From contig CAXXKA010000006.1 of NCBI GenBank assembly GCA_963668625.2, positions 480,001-544,000 on the forward strand: a stretch of DNA of 64,000 nucleotides, given 5' to 3'. The DNA is from an uncultured candidate division Zixibacteria bacterium. Its GTDB lineage: Bacteria > Zixibacteria > MSB-5A5 > UBA10806 > 4484-95. Below are positions 60,231 through 64,000 of the stretch, in pieces. The position numbers and the translations under genes are program-made. The notes beneath the pieces were generated by a model, which saw nothing but the letters and a program-made list of their open reading frames with translations, was not told where the DNA came from and did not search any database. The number at the start of each line of letters is the position of its first letter. The stretch's first letter is position 1.

Positions 60231-60611
60231 TCATCGCTTATGCTCGGCTAATGATTTCCCGCCAAAACCGATCGAGTCGTCATCCGGTTCTATGAAATAT
60301 ATCACCGGCGCCCAATCGGGATTGCCTAGAGTCTCTGTCAGCGATTTCGTGAACGCTCGAATCATTTTACTTTTTTCGGATTTAGTGCGAGCAGGGATTA
60401 ACATCTTGAAATGAATATAGGGTTTGCCGGTCTTACCATCCCACAACTTACCGGCATTTGCCGACTCTGAGACATCGTATTCATAGAATCGAATACCGAA
60501 CGCCTCGACATCATAGTTGGCGTACTGTTCGAAATCCGAGGTAAGGCGGCCAACCAGTTTCTCTTTTTGATCCGGTGATAATTTTGGTATTGAAATTTCA
60601 AGGCAAGGCAT
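60231..60611 (-). CDS. Tautomerase superfamily protein (Pro-1)
   Basis: Met-Pro N-terminus; two beta-alpha-beta-like units (LS.DQKE.LV..LT / RT..EK..MI..FT); GFGG near the C-terminus. Confidence 0.75.
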   Translation of the reverse strand: MPCLEISIPKLSPDQKEKLVGRLTSDFEQYANYDVEAFGIRFYEYDVSESANAGKLWDGKTGKPYIHFKMLIPARTKSEKSKMIRAFTKSLTETLGNPDWAPVIYFIEPDDDSIGFGGKSLAEHKR

Positions 60612-60667
60612 TGATTTTTTCCTGGTTTTCTGTAGTTAATCCAATGAATAGTGTGTTTCATATATAA

Positions 60668-60700
60668 AGATTGCTTCGTCCCTCCGGTGCTCGCAGTGAC
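60668..60700. repeat. Single CGTC/GTCA-type REP-like unit
   Basis: Reverse complement GTCACTGCGAGCACCGGAGGGACGAAGCAATCT resembles the GTCATTGCGAG..GAAGCAATC repeat type. Confidence 0.5.
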
Positions 60701-60711
60701 CGGTTGTTGAA

Positions 60712-61449
60712 TTAGCAGTGGCCTTCAAATGTCTCCAGTTTGAACTCGCCGTTTTCCAGCACCACGTAGGTGTTATGTGTCAGCCAGTCGCCGGTGTTTA
60801 TATATAAACCATCCTCTAGATATTTCATTTCCGGGTAATGCGTGTGTCCCACCATGACGACATCCGCGCCTTCTCTTATCTTGCGGGCGGCATAATCGTA
60901 ATATCCCTGGAGGTCTTTCGGTTTATTGGAGGTGTACTGACGGGAGGTATGCGAACTCTTGTTGGCGATTCGATAAGCCAGATCGACCGGCAATAACTTG
61001 TATAAAGATATCAGGAAACGATTACGAAACAGTTTCTTGATAAAACGGTAGCCGTGATCGCCATAGGCTAAACCATCCCCGTGATAGAAATGTATTTTCT
61101 TGCCTGAATGCTCCGCCTCGTAGGTGTCATCGCAAAGCTTTATACCTGCCTGACGTTCCAGATAATCCATCATCCAGAAATCATGATTGCCGGGCAGATA
61201 GAAAATCTTTACGCCGCTTTCGGAAAGATTGAGAAGAGTGGAGAGAGTTTTGAGATAACCGGCTGGGATCACATGTTCGTACTCCAGCCAGAAATCGAAG
61301 AGATCGCCAAGAATGTATAAGTGACTTGCCTTATCTTTGATACTATTGAGGAATTTAACGACTAATTTTTCAACATCCCCATTATTTAATGATAGATGAA
61401 CATCGGAGAGGAAATATATTGCGTTTTTGTTTGTATTACTATTAGACAT
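60712..61449 (-). CDS. lpxH: UDP-2,3-diacylglucosamine diphosphatase (LpxH-like metallophosphoesterase)
   Basis: FLSDVHL, LGDLFDFW, PGNHDFW, HGDGL, GHTH, NTGDW; start placed at MSNSN. Confidence 0.85.
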   Translation of the reverse strand: MSNSNTNKNAIYFLSDVHLSLNNGDVEKLVVKFLNSIKDKASHLYILGDLFDFWLEYEHVIPAGYLKTLSTLLNLSESGVKIFYLPGNHDFWMMDYLERQAGIKLCDDTYEAEHSGKKIHFYHGDGLAYGDHGYRFIKKLFRNRFLISLYKLLPVDLAYRIANKSSHTSRQYTSNKPKDLQGYYDYAARKIREGADVVMVGHTHYPEMKYLEDGLYINTGDWLTHNTYVVLENGEFKLETFEGHC

Positions 61450-61578
61450 ATTTACCGTGATCGTTTGTTTGACAACTTTCAACTGCGAAAGTATAATCCA
61501 TTTGGATTAAACTTTCAAGGCTTTCGAATCAATTTAAGGCCTTGAATCGTATAAAAGATACCGGGAGCGGGAGTAATT

Positions 61579-62841
61579 ATGGATAAATTTGTCGTGAGAG
61601 GCGGGACTAAATTAAGCGGTTCCGTAACTATATCAGGTTCAAAAAACGCGGCTTTGCCGATATTGGTAGCCGGATTATTAGTTGAAAAAGGCGAGACAGT
61701 TATCAGGAACGTGCCTGATTTGGCTGATATCAGTACCGTATTAAACCTGCTTAAGCACCTCGGTGTCGAATATCATTGGCATAAGGATGAAAATACCGTC
61801 ACTCTGGATGCCTCGAATTTGAAAAGCCATGAGGCGCCTTACGATCTGGTTCGTAAGATGAGAGCCTCGTTTTTAGTGATGGGGCCTCTCCTGGCCAGGT
61901 TTGGCAAAGCGAAAGTATCAATGCCCGGAGGCTGCGTGTTAGGGCCGAGGCCAATCGATTATCATTTGATGGCTTTCATGAGATTGGGAGCGCAGGTTAT
62001 AGATAAACAGGGTTATGTAACAGCTAAAGTTAGCTCTTTAAAAGGCGCTGATATATTTTTCGACAGACCATCCCATACCGGCACAGAAAACGTAATGATG
62101 GCCGCCTGCTTAGCGAAAGGCAAAACCACGATAATAAACGCCGCCTGCGATCCTGAGGTTGTTGATGTAGCCGAGTTCCTGAAAAAAGCCGGCGCGAAAA
62201 TCAGCGGTGCGGGCAGTACCGTGATCGAGATCGAGGGTGTGAAAAAACTCAGAGGCGTGGAATATTCGGTCATGCCCGACAGGTTGGAGGCAGGCACGTT
62301 TATCATGGCCGTTGGCGCTACAGGTGGTGAGATAAGGATCAAACCCAATTGTGATAATATACTGGGTATGGTAAATGCCAAGATGCGCGATGCCGGCCTG
62401 AGTTTCAAATCCGGTAAGACCGGAACGACTGTCAGTTCCAACGGTAAACTGAAAGCTATCGATTTCACAACCTTCCCGTTTCCGGGATTTCCCACCGATT
62501 TACAGGCATCAGCAATGGCGATGTGCTGCCTGGGGGAGGGGACATCACATATAAAAGAAACTGTATTTACCGATAGATTCACTCATGTAATGGAATTAGT
62601 CCGCCTGGGCGCCGATATAAGAATAGCCGGTCAGGAGGCAATCGTTACCGGTGTCAAGGAATTACGCGGAGCGTCAATTATGGCCTCTGATATCAGGGCG
62701 GGAGCAGGTCTGGTCGTGGCCGCATTAGCAGCCCGGGGTGAGTCGGAGATACTGAGGATTTATCATATCGACCGGGGTTATGAGGCAATAGAGTTGAAGC
62801 TACAAGCCCTTAACGCCGATATAGTTAGACAAAAGGTTTAA
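61579..62841 (+). CDS. murA: UDP-N-acetylglucosamine 1-carboxyvinyltransferase
   Basis: SGSKNAALP, MRAS, PGGC.LG.RPID.H, PDRLEAGT, PGFPTDLQ, DIRAGA, HIDRGY. Confidence 0.98.
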   Translation: MDKFVVRGGTKLSGSVTISGSKNAALPILVAGLLVEKGETVIRNVPDLADISTVLNLLKHLGVEYHWHKDENTVTLDASNLKSHEAPYDLVRKMRASFLVMGPLLARFGKAKVSMPGGCVLGPRPIDYHLMAFMRLGAQVIDKQGYVTAKVSSLKGADIFFDRPSHTGTENVMMAACLAKGKTTIINAACDPEVVDVAEFLKKAGAKISGAGSTVIEIEGVKKLRGVEYSVMPDRLEAGTFIMAVGATGGEIRIKPNCDNILGMVNAKMRDAGLSFKSGKTGTTVSSNGKLKAIDFTTFPFPGFPTDLQASAMAMCCLGEGTSHIKETVFTDRFTHVMELVRLGADIRIAGQEAIVTGVKELRGASIMASDIRAGAGLVVAALAARGESEILRIYHIDRGYEAIELKLQALNADIVRQKV

Positions 62842-62906
62842 AACACGGAGGAACCGCCCAAAATATACAGTGGTTACTTTATGTAAATACGGCAAAGGTG
62901 GTTAAC

Positions 62907-64000
62907 ATGAGAAAAATCGGTTTACTTGCATTAATATTGGCGTTGCCGGCGGTTGTTTTCGGACAAGTCGAGTACTTTGGCCAGAATAAGGTGCAATATA
63001 AGTCTTATGACTGGCATTATATACAAACTCATAATTTCGATATTTACTACGACCAGGGACAGGATTCGCTGGCTTATTTTGCCGCGGATGTTATGGAGAA
63101 GTCACATGAAATCATCGCCAATCAGCTCAATCATGAGCTAACCTCGCGAGTACCGGTTATAGTTTATACCTCTCCAAACGATTTCCAGCAAACTAACGTG
63201 ACCTCAGGCTTACTGCCGGAGGGCGTAGGCGGCTTCACCGAGGTATTTAAGACCCGTGTGGTAATTCCGTTTAACGGCTCCTACGAGGATTACCGTCATG
63301 TGCTTCACCATGAGCTAACCCATGCCGTATCGTTTAACCTTCTATACGAAAACGCTATTGGCTCGCTGATATCGAGAAACGCGTTTTTCCGCCAACCGCT
63401 ATGGCTGGCAGAGGGCTACGCCGAATACTCATCCCGTCTCGGCTGGACTTACGAGGCCGATATGAACGTCCGTGATGCCATTATAGAGGGCTACCTGCCG
63501 CCGATACAGGGCTTGTTCGGACTTCTTAATTACCGCGCAGGCCACGCCTTGATATTATACATAGCCGAAACTTACGGCGAACAGAAGATAGCCGAGATTA
63601 ATAATAAGGGTAAAGTTTTATTAACTATCGACAGAGCGGTTGACGCCGCGCTGGGAACCAGTATCGAGAAAATCTCGAAGGATTGGCATCGCGAGTTAAT
63701 GAGAATATACTGGCCCGAGCTGAACAAACGCCAAACTGTCGAGGAAGTTGGTAAGATGATGACCGACCATCAGAAGGACGGCTCTCTCGTGAACATGAAT
63801 CCTCAGTGGTCGCCGAGGGGAGACAGGATCGCGATTACCTCGGATAGAGGCAGCCCGGCGGACGGTTACAGCGACAGGTTTACCGACATGTTCGTGATCT
63901 CGGCCATTGACGGCGAAGTCATCGAGAAGCTGGTATCGGCGGAGAAAACCGGCGATTTGGAATCGCTGCACTCGTATTATTCGAGTATGTCATGGTCTCC
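62907..64000 (+). CDS. Exported zinc-metallopeptidase-like plus PD40/TolB beta-propeller protein; partial
   Basis: Not in the ORF track. ATG at 62907 with signal peptide; FGQNKVQY..YDW..IQT.NFDIYY, DFQQTN, EGVGGFTE, HELTH (HExxH), PLWLAEG, NPQWSPRGDRIA; open to the window end. Confidence 0.85.
   Translation, partial: MRKIGLLALILALPAVVFGQVEYFGQNKVQYKSYDWHYIQTHNFDIYYDQGQDSLAYFAADVMEKSHEIIANQLNHELTSRVPVIVYTSPNDFQQTNVTSGLLPEGVGGFTEVFKTRVVIPFNGSYEDYRHVLHHELTHAVSFNLLYENAIGSLISRNAFFRQPLWLAEGYAEYSSRLGWTYEADMNVRDAIIEGYLPPIQGLFGLLNYRAGHALILYIAETYGEQKIAEINNKGKVLLTIDRAVDAALGTSIEKISKDWHRELMRIYWPELNKRQTVEEVGKMMTDHQKDGSLVNMNPQWSPRGDRIAITSDRGSPADGYSDRFTDMFVISAIDGEVIEKLVSAEKTGDLESLHSYYSSMSWS

Noticed and set aside
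62953-63971. Short ORFs 62953-63141 and 63696-63971
   Set aside because: They lie within the longer partial CDS starting at 62907

Overview
Bacterial chromosomal window from a diderm organism. Dockerin-like and 'PNPF'-type C-terminal domains, a PorV-like barrel and a carboxypeptidase-regulatory-domain TonB receptor suggest an FCB-group lineage such as Zixibacteria (inference, not checked). From 1 to 36 kb the window is mostly housekeeping (dnaK, xerC-hslVU, yicC-gmk-rpoZ-topA, rqcH, lptD, HU, ftsK-lolA-rimO-bamD-nadD-polA-coaE, an aminotransferase). It is interspersed with three secreted proteases (C25, S8 with dockerin, C1A with CTD), two REP-flanked orphan genes and a small MITE family. The most notable region is 36.6-55.6 kb. 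An outer-membrane module (TonB-dependent receptor, CTD-bearing secreted protein, PorV-like barrel, two lipoproteins, no SusD) is followed directly by eight tightly coupled genes: DacB, LysA, Alr-like, NlpC/P60, C39-like, LdcA, Ala-Glu epimerase and an amidase. Together these could dismantle peptidoglycan stem peptides to L-amino acids, making this a candidate peptidoglycan-scavenging locus. After it come a GNAT pseudogene, an AT-rich TPR gene, a convergent sugar ABC transporter, a tautomerase, lpxH, murA and a truncated zinc-peptidase/beta-propeller gene. No rRNA, tRNA or CRISPR array was recognised. All assignments come from motif reading by eye; no database search was run.
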